From: a virus
Taxonomy: Duplodnaviria; Caudoviricetes
Length of the DNA stretch: 64,000 nucleotides
Strand: one strand, 5' to 3'
Virus record (IMG/VR): IMGVR_UViG_3300037255_000025
Span: 64,001-128,000 of that record
The notes below the pieces were generated by a model. The model made no database searches. It had not been told where the DNA came from and saw only the letters and a list, made by a program, of their open reading frames with translations. Position numbers and translations under genes: made by a program. Shown here in pieces: positions 1 through 9,659 of this stretch (its first letter is position 1; the number at the start of each line of letters is the position of its first letter).

Positions 1-840
1 ACGCTCGCCGGACAACCCACGGACGACTCCGAGCTGGCGCTGACGCTCGCGCGGTCGATCGTCGCGGCGGGCCGCTACAACGCCGACGACGCGCGCGCGG
101 GCTACGTCGAGTGGTACCGGTCGGGACCGTTCGACATCGGCGGCACGACCGCCGCGGCGCTCTCCCGACCGACGGGAGGAAAGCTCCCCGAGGCGAGCCA
201 AGCGAGTCAGGCCAACGGGTCGCTCATGAGGGTCTCGCCCCTCGGGATCGTCGCGGTCGGCTCGCCGGACCTGGCGGCCCGTTGGGCCCTACAGGACAGC
301 GCCCTCACGCACCCCAACGAGGTCTGCCGCTGGGCCTGCGTCGCCTACGTCGCGGCAATCGGGACCGCGATCCGTACCGGCAACGCTCGCCAGGCCTTCG
401 CGGCCGCGTCGGAGGCTGCGTCCGAAACGGACGAGCGGGCCCGCCCGATCCTTGAAGCCTTGGCCCGTGCCCGAACCGAACTGCCCGAGGACTTCGAGCA
501 CCAACAGGGTTGGGTCCTGACGGCGTTCCAGAACACCTTCTACCAGCTCATCCACGCGCCATCGCTCGAGGAGGGCGTCGTCGCGACCGTCGGGATGGGC
601 GGGGACACCGACACCAACGGGTGTATCGCGGGCGCGCTCCTCGGCGCGGTGCATGGCGTCGACGCCATCCCGTACCAGTGGGTCCACGCGGTCTTGAACT
701 GCCGGCCCGAGGCGGGGCCCGGCGTACGTCACCCACGGCCCCGACGGTACTGGCCGATCGACGCAATCCGACTGGCGGACCAACTGCTGCTGGTCGGTCA
801 GCGACTAGACCACAAAGACCTTGGGGTTGGTGGGACCTGA
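1..840 (+). CDS. ADP-ribosylglycohydrolase (DraG/ARH family), 5'-truncated by window edge
   Basis: Frame 1 is open from base 1: GQPTDDSELAL, FDIGGTT, ANGSLMRVSP, LTHP and GGDTDTNGCIAGALLGA are ARH motifs. Confidence 0.92.
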   Translation, partial: TLAGQPTDDSELALTLARSIVAAGRYNADDARAGYVEWYRSGPFDIGGTTAAALSRPTGGKLPEASQASQANGSLMRVSPLGIVAVGSPDLAARWALQDSALTHPNEVCRWACVAYVAAIGTAIRTGNARQAFAAASEAASETDERARPILEALARARTELPEDFEHQQGWVLTAFQNTFYQLIHAPSLEEGVVATVGMGGDTDTNGCIAGALLGAVHGVDAIPYQWVHAVLNCRPEAGPGVRHPRPRRYWPIDAIRLADQLLLVGQRLDHKDLGVGGT

Positions 841-847
841 AAGATAA

Positions 848-888
848 TCTCTTCTAAAACTTGCCAAACGTCTAACAATAGCTAAGCT
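848..888 (+). promoter_or_regulatory. Early-type promoter copy 1 (TCTCTTCTAAAAC-TTGCCA-16nt-TAAGCT); probably leaderless for ATG 896
   Basis: AT-rich island; the same motif recurs at ~3783, ~6542 and in degenerate form at ~8011. Confidence 0.75.
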
Positions 889-895
889 AGGTCCT

Positions 896-1387
896 ATGAC
901 GACGCTCAACGGTTACGACGACTGGAAGCTCGCCTCCCCGCCCGAACCGGGCGAACCGTTCGACGACGAGCAGCCCCCGCCGCTGCCACTCGGGTGGGAA
1001 GCGACCCCGAGTCCGCTCAGCGACACCGAGCCCCCGCCGACCCCCGCGACGTCGGGCGAAGTCCCCCGGGCGCTCGACTGGCGCCCGTTCGCCAAGGACG
1101 ACGGCTACGCATTCGCGGGCGCCGCCGACTTCGAACGCGGGACCGGGCCACGCGGGACCGGGCCACTCATCGCCGACATCGAGGTCGACGGTCGGGGCGG
1201 CATCGCGGTCCTGGACCGCAGCGGCTTGAGCCTGATCTGGTTCAACGCCAACCCCAAGGTCTCGTCGATCGACTCCGACGACCACGAGGCGCACGTTCAC
1301 CACCCGCTCGCCGCCCGCGCGGTCGCGCTGCTCCGCACGCCCACGACCTCGGCCGAGCTTCGCGCGCTCGGCGCCAACTTCAGCTAA
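896..1387 (+). CDS. Hypothetical protein
   Basis: ORF directly behind the promoter motif, GC-rich third positions. Confidence 0.7.
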   Translation: MTTLNGYDDWKLASPPEPGEPFDDEQPPPLPLGWEATPSPLSDTEPPPTPATSGEVPRALDWRPFAKDDGYAFAGAADFERGTGPRGTGPLIADIEVDGRGGIAVLDRSGLSLIWFNANPKVSSIDSDDHEAHVHHPLAARAVALLRTPTTSAELRALGANFS

Positions 1388-1410
1388 CCCTCAAGAAAGA
1401 AAGACAGAAA

Positions 1411-3057
1411 ATGAGCAAACTGAACCTCTTCAAGGCCGCGATCTTCACGCCCCTGGCCCGTGGCCGCTGGGGCCTGCCGCTACTCGCCTGGAGCACGCCG
1501 GGCGCCGCCAAGTCGGACCTCCTGCGGGAGATTTGCGAGAGCTTCGACCTGCCGTTCATCTCGCTGAGCCCCGGCGAAATGGGAGAGGGGGCGTTCGGCG
1601 TCGTGCCGGTGCCCGACAAGAGCGGCGTCATCAAGTACCCGCCCCCCGACTGGACCCTGACGGTCGCGACCGGCGGGGTGATCCTGATCGATGAGATTTC
1701 CTGTTTCGTCGCGGGCACGCCTGTCGACGCCGTTATCGGCGGAGAGGTCGTCCGCGTTCCGATCGAGAATCTCAAGATCGGCGACACCGTCGTGAGCGTC
1801 GACGTTGCCTCCGGGAGGAGCCGTTGTAACATGGTGTCAAACTTCTTCACCCGACGGGCGAATAACCTCGTCCGTGTGGAGCTGACCGATGGCCGACACC
1901 TCATCTGCACCTCCGACCACCGCTTCCTCACCGACGCCGGTTGGGTCTCCGCCGGAAACCTCCCCGCAGGATCCCGTCTCTGCGAAGGAACCCACTCGGG
2001 CGCGGGATATGTCGCTGCCGGCGACGATCGCTTCGATTCGAACGTTTCTTGGGCTACCGTTGGCACCGTCCACGCCCTGACCGAGGGCGCGCAAGTCTTC
2101 GATATCACGGTCGAGCGCGACCACAACTTCCTGGTGAACGGGGTCGTGGCGCACAACTGCGTCCCCCCTGCCCTCCAGCCTGCGCTGCTCGGGCTCGTGC
2201 TGGACGCGCGCATCGGCGGCACCGTGCTGCACCCGCGCGTTCGACGCATCGCGGCCGCCAACCCACCCGAGTACGCGGCCAACGGCTATGATATCAACGC
2301 GGCCCAGGCGAACCGCATGGGGCACATCGATTGGACCGCCCCCACGGTCCAAGAGCACACCGCATACATGATGCGCGGTACTACGGGCCACGGGGGCGCG
2401 GCCGAGCGCCAGTTCAGCGCCACCGCGGAGGAGGAGCGCGTGTTGACCGCGTGGGACGGCGGCGCGTGGGCCCGGGCGGTCGGACTCGAGACGTCCTTCC
2501 TGGCCGCGCGGTCCGACCTCAAGAACAAGTGCCCCAAGGCGAGCGATCCGGCGGCGTCGCGCGCGTGGCCGTCAGACCGGTCGTGGACCATGGCGACCCG
2601 GGCGCTCGCGAGCGCCGACGTCCACGGGTTGTCGCCCGCCGATACCGACGAGTTCGTCGGGGCGTTTATCGGTCACGAGACCTACGCTGAGTGGGCCACG
2701 TACATCCGCGAGGCCGACCTGCCCAACACGGCGGACCTGCTGGACGGCCGGGTCGATTTCAAGCACTCGGCGGACCGCCTGGACCGTACGGTGGCGGTCC
2801 TGAACGCCTGCTGCGCTTTGGTCGCGCCCGCCGAGGCCCCTCGGCGCGATGAGCGCGCCACCGCGCTGTGGGGTCTGTTGTCTAAGCTCTTCACGACGCC
2901 CGGCACGTCCCAGGACCTCGTGTTGGACGCGTGTCTGGCGCTCGTCCGAGCAAAGGTCGCGCACAACGCAACGAGCGCCAAGGTCCGCGCGGCGTACCAA
3001 CAGCTCGGACAGCATCCAAAGTTCATTCCGCTGATGAAGGCCGCGGGGTTCTCGTGA
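1411..3057 (+). CDS. MoxR/AAA_5-type ATPase containing a mini-intein
   Basis: Walker A-like STPGAAKS, Walker B ILIDEIS, AAANPP, ANRMGH; ATG 1411 follows an A-rich leader. Confidence 0.88.
   Translation: MSKLNLFKAAIFTPLARGRWGLPLLAWSTPGAAKSDLLREICESFDLPFISLSPGEMGEGAFGVVPVPDKSGVIKYPPPDWTLTVATGGVILIDEISCFVAGTPVDAVIGGEVVRVPIENLKIGDTVVSVDVASGRSRCNMVSNFFTRRANNLVRVELTDGRHLICTSDHRFLTDAGWVSAGNLPAGSRLCEGTHSGAGYVAAGDDRFDSNVSWATVGTVHALTEGAQVFDITVERDHNFLVNGVVAHNCVPPALQPALLGLVLDARIGGTVLHPRVRRIAAANPPEYAANGYDINAAQANRMGHIDWTAPTVQEHTAYMMRGTTGHGGAAERQFSATAEEERVLTAWDGGAWARAVGLETSFLAARSDLKNKCPKASDPAASRAWPSDRSWTMATRALASADVHGLSPADTDEFVGAFIGHETYAEWATYIREADLPNTADLLDGRVDFKHSADRLDRTVAVLNACCALVAPAEAPRRDERATALWGLLSKLFTTPGTSQDLVLDACLALVRAKVAHNATSAKVRAAYQQLGQHPKFIPLMKAAGFS
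1702..2157 (+). mobile_element. Mini-intein (152 aa) just after Walker B of the AAA ATPase
   Basis: CFVAGTPV start, TSDHRF block B, VFDITVERDHNFLVNGVVAHN|C end; no endonuclease. Confidence 0.95.
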
Positions 3058-3305
3058 TGGACTGCGCCGAGATCACCAAGGCGATCGAAGTGGCGCGCCG
3101 CTGCCTCAACGTGGCACAGCGCTACCTCGAAAGCGGCGACTCGACCAAGTCGGCGGAAGCGCTCGACCGCGCAGCCCTCTTGGCCCAAGCGGCGGGTCGC
3201 ATCCAGCACCCCATCTTGTCTGACGCCAAACGCGCCGAAAGCGATGTCCTCATCCGCGCGGCAATCCTCCGCGTCGTAGCTGACCTCGACGCGGATCCGC
3301 AGTGA
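3057..3305 (+). CDS. Hypothetical protein
   Basis: TGATG overlap with the upstream stop; MDCAEITKA... Confidence 0.65.
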   Translation: MDCAEITKAIEVARRCLNVAQRYLESGDSTKSAEALDRAALLAQAAGRIQHPILSDAKRAESDVLIRAAILRVVADLDADPQ

Positions 3306-3778
3306 AACCCCTCCTCGAGTGCCCCGACTGCGGTTGCTTCTACCGCGGCCTCGGGGCCCACCGGGGATCGACGCCGTGTCAGGTGCAGGCGCGGCGGCGC
3401 GATCTTCGCGCGCTTGGGCTCGAGCGAACCGTGCGTGTCGCGAAGCTCCGGGATGCCGGTTGGCCCGTCGTGCGGGCAATGACGGGCCTTGAGAAGTACC
3501 CGAAGCGGAGCGTGACGCAGCAGACATGGGTCCCGGAGCTGGGGGCTTTGCTGGTCCACTACCACTATGGCGGCTACCTCCTGCCCTACGCGGATGGGGT
3601 GCGGCGCCTGCGCGCTGTGTTCGAGCTTCCCGAGGGCGCCAAACGGGCCCTCCTGGCGACCTACCTGCTGGGCGGTCACCCCGCGCTACAGGACGCGATG
3701 GCCGCGGAAGTCCCGGGATGGAGCGACCCGCCGCGGCACCGGACCGAAGCCGAGTTCCTCATGCAGACCAGTGTCTAA
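3302..3778 (+). CDS. Hypothetical protein with N-terminal CxxC...H...C Zn-finger
   Basis: ECPDCG...GAHRGSTPC; GTGA overlap. Confidence 0.7.
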   Translation: MKPLLECPDCGCFYRGLGAHRGSTPCQVQARRRDLRALGLERTVRVAKLRDAGWPVVRAMTGLEKYPKRSVTQQTWVPELGALLVHYHYGGYLLPYADGVRRLRAVFELPEGAKRALLATYLLGGHPALQDAMAAEVPGWSDPPRHRTEAEFLMQTSV

Positions 3779-3782
3779 CAAT

Positions 3783-3823
3783 TCTCTTCTAACACTTGCG
3801 TTTCGTGGCAGACGTCTTAGAAT
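3783..3823 (+). promoter_or_regulatory. Early-type promoter copy 2 (TTGCGT-16nt-TAGAAT)
   Basis: TCTCTTCTAACACTTGCG motif; GGAGG RBS at 3831. Confidence 0.78.
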
Positions 3824-3841
3824 AGCTCTCGGAGGTCCTGA

Positions 3842-4495
3842 ATGAGCTACGAATCCGCCCCCGCGACCAAGATGTTGGCAACCCAGTGTGCGTGCTGCGG
3901 CCGGCCGTTGGTCGACGCCGCGTCGATTGAGGCCGGCATGGGCCCGATCTGTCGCAAGCAACACGGCTACGCCGCGGCCCAGGTCGCGCCCGATTGGAAG
4001 TCCGTCCTGTCCGAGACCGACGGCGCGCTCTCCGTGTCGGAGATCCTGGGCTTCCGCCACGAGGCCGCGACCGAGCTGAACCTGCTCGAGGCCTCGTGGC
4101 TTCTCGGGGGGCTCGAGACCCGCCGGGTCGCCAACGCCCTCGTCCACCGCATCGCGGTCGACCAGGACGGCCCGCAGGTCCTCCAACTCACCAACGCGAT
4201 CCGGGCCCTCGGGTTCACGAAGCTCGCGGACCGGATCGCCCACCGCCTAGCGAAGATCGTCATCACGGTCGAGGGCGACGCCCTCTTCGTCGAAGCGCCC
4301 TTCTCGGACGCAAAGGTCGAGGCGTTCCGTAAGGTCCCGGGCCGATCACGCGACAAGGATCGCGGCCGCTACGGCGCCGACCGCTTCCCCCTCACGTCCA
4401 AGCGGTCGCTCTTCACCGCCCTCAAGTCCGCGTTCCCGGGCGCCACCGCGGTCGGCCCCAAGGGCCTGTTCACCATCAACTCCGACCACGCATAA
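3842..4495 (+). CDS. DUF6011-like Zn-ribbon protein
   Basis: CACCGRPLVDAASIEAGMGPIC motif. Confidence 0.75.
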   Translation: MSYESAPATKMLATQCACCGRPLVDAASIEAGMGPICRKQHGYAAAQVAPDWKSVLSETDGALSVSEILGFRHEAATELNLLEASWLLGGLETRRVANALVHRIAVDQDGPQVLQLTNAIRALGFTKLADRIAHRLAKIVITVEGDALFVEAPFSDAKVEAFRKVPGRSRDKDRGRYGADRFPLTSKRSLFTALKSAFPGATAVGPKGLFTINSDHA

Positions 4496-4505
4496 AGGAC
4501 GAATC

Positions 4506-4937
4506 ATGGCCTGGCAAGCTCAGCTCTTCATCGGTCAACCCGTCCGTTCCTACGAGGAAGCGAGGGCGATCCTTACGAAACTCGGCGTCACCTCCGCCCT
4601 CGCGGAGACCGGGGACACCGACCTTCCGAACGTAATCTGGAAGGTGATCCCGATGACCTATCTCGGGAAGAAGTTCGCGGGGGAGGTCTACTTCTCCATC
4701 GAACGCGAGGGCGGCTCCCGTTTCCCGACCCCGAAGGGTCAAAACCAAAACTACACTGACGCGGCCGTCGTTCTCGACCTCACGAGCCGCTACGAAGGTT
4801 CCATCCTCGACGCGGAGGAAACGCACGGCCGTCCGGAGCCGTTCGTGTTCGACCCGATTGAGGTCGCGGACCTCCTGACCCAGGTCCGGGCTGTCTGGCC
4901 CGAAGCTCAGGCCCTCATCTGGGGCCGCTGGTACTAA
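4506..4937 (+). CDS. Hypothetical protein
   Basis: AAGGA RBS, clean ORF. Confidence 0.75.
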   Translation: MAWQAQLFIGQPVRSYEEARAILTKLGVTSALAETGDTDLPNVIWKVIPMTYLGKKFAGEVYFSIEREGGSRFPTPKGQNQNYTDAAVVLDLTSRYEGSILDAEETHGRPEPFVFDPIEVADLLTQVRAVWPEAQALIWGRWY

Positions 4938-4966
4938 CCAACCGAAAGCGAAAAGGCCCCACCGCC

Positions 4967-6271
4967 ATGACGGAATCACGAAAGCTCGTCCTCAAGCCGC
5001 TCACGGCCGCTGAAATCGAAAAGGCGCGCCAAACGATGGCGGCCGGGCGCTACCTCGCGCGTAAGGCCGCGCCGTACTTCCAGCGGATCCTGATGAAGCT
5101 GGTGATCCGCGAGGTCCCGCCGATGGTCGACCTCGCGGGCAACATCCTGTTCGGCACCGTCGGGGTGTCGGAGTCCATGATCATGTACTCGTGCATGGAG
5201 TACGTCGCGACCCTGACGCCCGAGACGATGGCGGGCGACTTCCTCCACGAGAGCCTCCACCTTTTCATGCGCCACGCCCAGCGCCGGGGCCTCCGCGACC
5301 ACGAGCGTTATAACCGGGCCGGAGACTTGGCCATCAACACGATCACGCGCGACATGGGCGTGAAGCAGACCCCGGTGGCGATCTGGCCCAAGGACTACGG
5401 CTTCGACGAGCACCTCTCGGCCGACGAGTACTACATGCTGCTCGAGAAGCTCGAAAAGAGCGGCAAGGGCAAGAAGGGCCAGGGCGGCTCAGGCCAAGAC
5501 GGCAAAGGGCCACCAAGCCCCGGCGCAGGTCACTGTGGCTCGTGCGCGGGCCACAAGCTCCCGATCGAGGGCGACGACCCCGCGGGCCGGACCGAGACCG
5601 AGGTCGAGTCCGCGGTGCGCGAGGTCGCGATGGCGATCAAGTCCCATGCCCAGAGCCAGGGCAAGCTCCCGGCGGGCCTCGCGCTGATGGCGGACGACAT
5701 GCTGGCGCCGCCAAAGGTCCCCTGGCAGCAGCACCTCTCGCGGGTCGTCCGGGCGTCGTGTGCCTGGACGTCCGGCGCGGTCTACGCGCGGTACAATCAC
5801 CCTAGCCGACGCCAGGCCGCGATCGGCTACGGCGTCGGGCGACCCATCCTGCCGGCCCTGCGCCGGCCCACCCCTCGGGTCGCGGTCGTGGTCGACACGT
5901 CGGGCTCGATGGGCTCGGGTCCGGGCTCACCGCTGGCGGCGGCGACATCGGAGGTCATGGGGGTCGTGAAGGCCGTCGGGGCCGAGGTGCAGTTCATCGC
6001 GGTCGACGCCGCGGTCCACGCCAACGCCAAGGTGCGGGGGGCGCAGGACCTCCTCCAGAACATCAAGGGCGGCGGCGGAACCAGTTTCGTGCCGGGGTTC
6101 GAGGCCGCGGAGAAGCTCCGGCCCCGCGTCAACGTGGTGATCTACATGACCGACGGCTGGGGGGACGCACCCCCCGAAGCCCCGCGGGGAATGCGGGTCA
6201 TCTGGTGCCTCATCGGCAAGGGCGCGCCGCACCCTGCGACGTATGGCGAGGTCGTCCGGATTGAGGACTGA
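4967..6271 (+). CDS. vWA-domain/HExxH metallopeptidase-like protein (DUF2201 type), MoxR partner
   Basis: LHESLH, AGDLAIN, VDTSGSM MIDAS, GGGGTSF, MTDGWG. Confidence 0.92.
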   Translation: MTESRKLVLKPLTAAEIEKARQTMAAGRYLARKAAPYFQRILMKLVIREVPPMVDLAGNILFGTVGVSESMIMYSCMEYVATLTPETMAGDFLHESLHLFMRHAQRRGLRDHERYNRAGDLAINTITRDMGVKQTPVAIWPKDYGFDEHLSADEYYMLLEKLEKSGKGKKGQGGSGQDGKGPPSPGAGHCGSCAGHKLPIEGDDPAGRTETEVESAVREVAMAIKSHAQSQGKLPAGLALMADDMLAPPKVPWQQHLSRVVRASCAWTSGAVYARYNHPSRRQAAIGYGVGRPILPALRRPTPRVAVVVDTSGSMGSGPGSPLAAATSEVMGVVKAVGAEVQFIAVDAAVHANAKVRGAQDLLQNIKGGGGTSFVPGFEAAEKLRPRVNVVIYMTDGWGDAPPEAPRGMRVIWCLIGKGAPHPATYGEVVRIED

Positions 6272-6277
6272 GGCGCG

Positions 6278-6532
6278 GTGTTCTACCTCCAGTTCATCGA
6301 GGACGAGGACAAGCGCGCGATGTACGCGCGCCTCGGCGGCTACGAAGGCGACGACTCGTATCTGACCCAGTACGACTTCATCACACGCGACTTCGCTCAG
6401 GCCCACCCCTACGCCTGCGTAGAAACCGCCGAGCACACCCTTCGGCGAAGCCGGTACTCCGACGTCCTCCGGGTCGTCCCCGAGGCCGACATCCTCCTGT
6501 CCCGCGAAGCTCGGCGGCAAGTACGAAGGTGA
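6278..6532 (+). CDS. Small protein, dispersed member of the 'ADELLEREA' family
   Basis: N-terminal FYLQ, C-terminal VVPEADILLSREARR. Confidence 0.7.
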   Translation: MFYLQFIEDEDKRAMYARLGGYEGDDSYLTQYDFITRDFAQAHPYACVETAEHTLRRSRYSDVLRVVPEADILLSREARRQVRR

Positions 6533-6541
6533 GCGCGATAT

Positions 6542-6582
6542 TCTCTTCTAAGACTTGCGCATTATCAAACTCGACTTAAACT
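6542..6582 (+). promoter_or_regulatory. Early-type promoter copy 3 (TTGCGC-16nt-TAAACT), leaderless GTG 6589
   Basis: TCTCTTCTAAGACTTGCG motif. Confidence 0.78.
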
Positions 6583-6588
6583 AGTCCC

Positions 6589-7827
6589 GTGAGCAAGAGA
6601 ACCTACCCCGCAAAGTGCGCGACCCTGTGCGGCCGCGCGGCCGTCACGGGGCAGAACCTCTGCGCTCGGTGCAAACAACAACTCGTATCCAGGGAAACCA
6701 ACATCATGGCAAAGCGCGGCAACAAGGCTTCCGGTGCAGACAACGCCAAGGGCTACCCGGTCCAGCTCGTAATCGACGGCGAGCGCCAGCTCTCGGTCGA
6801 GGAGATCATCGACCACCTCTTCGAGGTCGCGGCGGACGCGACCTCGCCGGACCAGTACGGGCTCGCGGACCGCGGGACGGCCGAGAACCTCCTCAAGGGC
6901 ATGGGCAAGCCCGGGCGCAACGCTCTCGCCCGCGCGGTCGCGAAGCGCGCGTCCGAGACTCCGGCGACCGTCGCGGCTCCGGTCACGGCGCTCGACCCCG
7001 CAGGCCCGGACGACGACTTCGAGCCGGAGGTCGGCAGCTACGAAGCTCCGGCGGACGTCCCGGAGATCGCCGCTCCCCCGGCGGTGGCAAGCCCGGCGCC
7101 CAAGCCCGCGGCCCCCGCCCCGGTCAGCGACGACGCCCGAACGGCGCGCATCGAAGCCCTGCGGGCCATGACGCACGAGCAGCTCGAGTCCGTTTGGGGC
7201 AAGACGACCCCGGCGAAGGACTCGCTCCTGCGATGTTGGATCGTCATCCGCGAGTTCGGCAATGGAAAGGTGGCAAAGCCGGCCCCCGCGGCCAAGGCCC
7301 CGAAGGCGCCGAAAGCCCCCAAGGCGGCGCCCAAGACCGCGGCCGATCCGGTCGACCCGCGGCTGGCGTTCGCCAAGCTCGTGACGCTCACGTTCGACGC
7401 CTTCAAGGCGCTCCAGGACAAGCGCGGCCAAGAGATCGTCGCGGGCAGCGCGTTCGCGGCGCTCAACGGAGTCGTGAACGCCGTCCTGGATGACGCCGCG
7501 GCGGCCGTCGATGTGCCCGACGGCGACGAGCGCGTGGCCGAGACCGAAGAGATCCAGGTCCACACGGCGGAAAGCCCGGCGGCAAGCGCGCCTCCCGCGG
7601 TCTCCGAGACGCCCGCGGCGGCAAGCGCACCCGAGGCAAAGGCCCCGGGTCGCATCGCCGACATCGCCCCGGCGCACCAAGCGAAGTACATCGACGCCCT
7701 CACGGCCGAGCAGATGCAGGCCCTGACGGTGCTGGACCGCAAGGGCGGGCTCACGACATGCCGCACCGCGGACGGCGCGGTGGTCTCGATCAAGTCCAGC
7801 CACCTCGTGACCCGGACGGCCGCGTGA
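6589..7827 (+). CDS. Ala/Pro/Lys-rich hypothetical protein (alternative start ATG 6706)
   Basis: KAP repeats, N-terminal Cys cluster. Confidence 0.75.
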   Translation: MSKRTYPAKCATLCGRAAVTGQNLCARCKQQLVSRETNIMAKRGNKASGADNAKGYPVQLVIDGERQLSVEEIIDHLFEVAADATSPDQYGLADRGTAENLLKGMGKPGRNALARAVAKRASETPATVAAPVTALDPAGPDDDFEPEVGSYEAPADVPEIAAPPAVASPAPKPAAPAPVSDDARTARIEALRAMTHEQLESVWGKTTPAKDSLLRCWIVIREFGNGKVAKPAPAAKAPKAPKAPKAAPKTAADPVDPRLAFAKLVTLTFDAFKALQDKRGQEIVAGSAFAALNGVVNAVLDDAAAAVDVPDGDERVAETEEIQVHTAESPAASAPPAVSETPAAASAPEAKAPGRIADIAPAHQAKYIDALTAEQMQALTVLDRKGGLTTCRTADGAVVSIKSSHLVTRTAA

Positions 7828-7997
7828 AGCTCTTCCGCGACAACCTCTCGCCCGAGGAGCAGGCGGCGTTCCGCCGGTGGGCTCGGGACCACTACAAGGT
7901 CTTCGAGCCCATCCAGGGCGTCTGGCACCCGCTGGTTCAGCAGGAATGCGTCGAGATGAACCGAGAGGCTTCAAGGAACCTCAAGGACGTCTCGTAA
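7824..7997 (+). CDS. Small hypothetical protein
   Basis: GTGA overlap; FRRWARDHY...WHPLVQQEC. Confidence 0.65.
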   Translation: MKLFRDNLSPEEQAAFRRWARDHYKVFEPIQGVWHPLVQQECVEMNREASRNLKDVS

Positions 7998-8010
7998 CGC
8001 CAAGATCGTT

Positions 8011-8046
8011 TTCTCTTGTAAAACGACTCGATCCCCATACTATTCT
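8011..8046 (+). promoter_or_regulatory. Degenerate early promoter copy 4 (TTCTC-TTGTAA-16nt-TACTAT)
   Basis: AT-rich intergenic island resembling copies 1-3. Confidence 0.6.
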
Positions 8047-8067
8047 AGATCGGAAGGGACGCGCGCC

Positions 8068-9018
8068 ATGACCGTGTACGCAGTGCCGGAACAAGAAGAC
8101 GCGGGCAGCGTCGTGTACTGGCGTCTCCAGGGCGCAGTCGACCCGGACCACCTGGCAGCCGCGTGGGAGGCCGCGGGGCTCGACCCGGCGGACCTGCCGG
8201 AGCTGCCGTCACCTGCGACGGCGCTCAACCGGACCCTCAAGGCATTCCAGCGAGGCAGGACGCTCATCCGACCGCTCGCGGCCGGTGGCTACGCGGTGGT
8301 CCAGGAGACGGCGCGGCGCGAGGCCCTCGAGTACGACACCGTGCTGACGGCGCGGCTCGACTCGGTGGGGCGGCTGGTCTTCAGCCGCGAGGCCCAGGCG
8401 ACGTGCGACTGCGGCTGGGCCGAGAAGTCCGACGAAGAGCGGGCCACGTCGCTCCACACCAAGGCTTGCGCGGTGCGCGTAGCCGTCGAGGCCGCGGGCG
8501 AGGCCCATCCCTTGGCGCCCGCGATCCGCACCGCCTACGCGACGACGATGAACGAATTGGCGCCGGTCGACGTCGTGCCGTGGCTGGTCGACCTGCTGTA
8601 CCGACGGTGCGACGCCGTGGCGCTCCGAGACCACGGCGGCGTCTACTACGTGCCCCGAACCGGGACCGAGCGGTGGCGCGCGATCCTGGGCGCGATCCGC
8701 GAGGTCAGTCAGCACCGGGTCTTCGAGATCCCCGCGCTGTCCAGCAAGGAGGTGCTGTCGGCCGTGCTGGACGCCGTGGAGCGCGAAGCCGCGCGCGAGG
8801 CGGAGGACATGGCGGCGGAGCTGGCCTCCGGTGTCTCAGAGCGCGTCGCCAAGACCAGGGTCGCGCGGTGCGATGCCGTGGAGCAGAAGGTCACGCGGTA
8901 CGAGGCTATCTTGGGGGAGCGACTCGAGGGCATCCGGGCGAAGCTCGCGGAGCTTCGCGGCGGGCTCGCGAGCGCGATGCTCTCGAACGAGGCGGCCGAG
9001 CAAGCGGCGGCGGAGTAA
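8068..9018 (+). CDS. DUF6744/DUF3150-like protein
   Basis: GSVVYWRL, LRDHGGVYYVP, coiled C-terminus with YEAILG. Confidence 0.65.
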   Translation: MTVYAVPEQEDAGSVVYWRLQGAVDPDHLAAAWEAAGLDPADLPELPSPATALNRTLKAFQRGRTLIRPLAAGGYAVVQETARREALEYDTVLTARLDSVGRLVFSREAQATCDCGWAEKSDEERATSLHTKACAVRVAVEAAGEAHPLAPAIRTAYATTMNELAPVDVVPWLVDLLYRRCDAVALRDHGGVYYVPRTGTERWRAILGAIREVSQHRVFEIPALSSKEVLSAVLDAVEREAAREAEDMAAELASGVSERVAKTRVARCDAVEQKVTRYEAILGERLEGIRAKLAELRGGLASAMLSNEAAEQAAAE

Positions 9019-9020
9019 CG

Positions 9021-9659
9021 ATGAACGCTGAAACGGCAGAGATCGCGGCCCGGGTGGTCAACGAGGTCGTGGTCCAGTACGCGTTCCGCGTGCGCGCATG
9101 GTGCGACGAGCGGGACCTAGCGCAGCACGCGTGGGAGGTCGTGATGACGACGCTCGCCGCCGGGGGCCACGACCCCGCGAAGGGCCCGCTGGCCCCCTAC
9201 CTGGCGAACGCGCTGCGACGCCAGCTTGGCGAGCAGCTCGTCCGGCAACACGCGCCCGTCTCCGCCCGGCGTAGCGAGGTGTACAAGCTCCACCCGACCC
9301 GGGGCGAGTCGCTCGAGGGGTTCCAGGACTACGGTGAAAACCGACGATTGGACGGCCGGCAACAAGGCGGCAAACTGAAGCTCACGCCCGAAGCCACGCA
9401 GGAGCCCGTGCGCTGGGTCGACCAGATCCTGGCGGACCGCGAGTGGCACTACCGCGTGTTGACCCGGCTCACGGCCGTCGTAGGCGACGACGGCTTCGAT
9501 GGCCTGTTGGACCTGCTGCGCGAGGGGCCGCGGCGCACCGAGGGCGGAACGCCCGTAACGGGCCGGGCTCCCTGGGACCTCGAACAGTCCCGCGCGACCG
9601 CATGTATCCGGATCGCCCAAGACCCCGAGCTGCGTACGCTCGCGAAGGAGCGCCCGTGA
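9021..9659 (+). CDS. Sigma70 region-2-like protein (putative phage sigma factor)
   Basis: DLAQHAWEVV...HDPAKGPLAPYLANALRRQL resembles sigma region 2. Confidence 0.6.
   Translation: MNAETAEIAARVVNEVVVQYAFRVRAWCDERDLAQHAWEVVMTTLAAGGHDPAKGPLAPYLANALRRQLGEQLVRQHAPVSARRSEVYKLHPTRGESLEGFQDYGENRRLDGRQQGGKLKLTPEATQEPVRWVDQILADREWHYRVLTRLTAVVGDDGFDGLLDLLREGPRRTEGGTPVTGRAPWDLEQSRATACIRIAQDPELRTLAKERP

Noticed and set aside
994-1410. ORF-track N-terminal extensions (994, 8163, 16023, 19018, 49703, 59431)
   Set aside because: They overlap upstream genes; downstream starts with RBS or stop/start overlaps fit better
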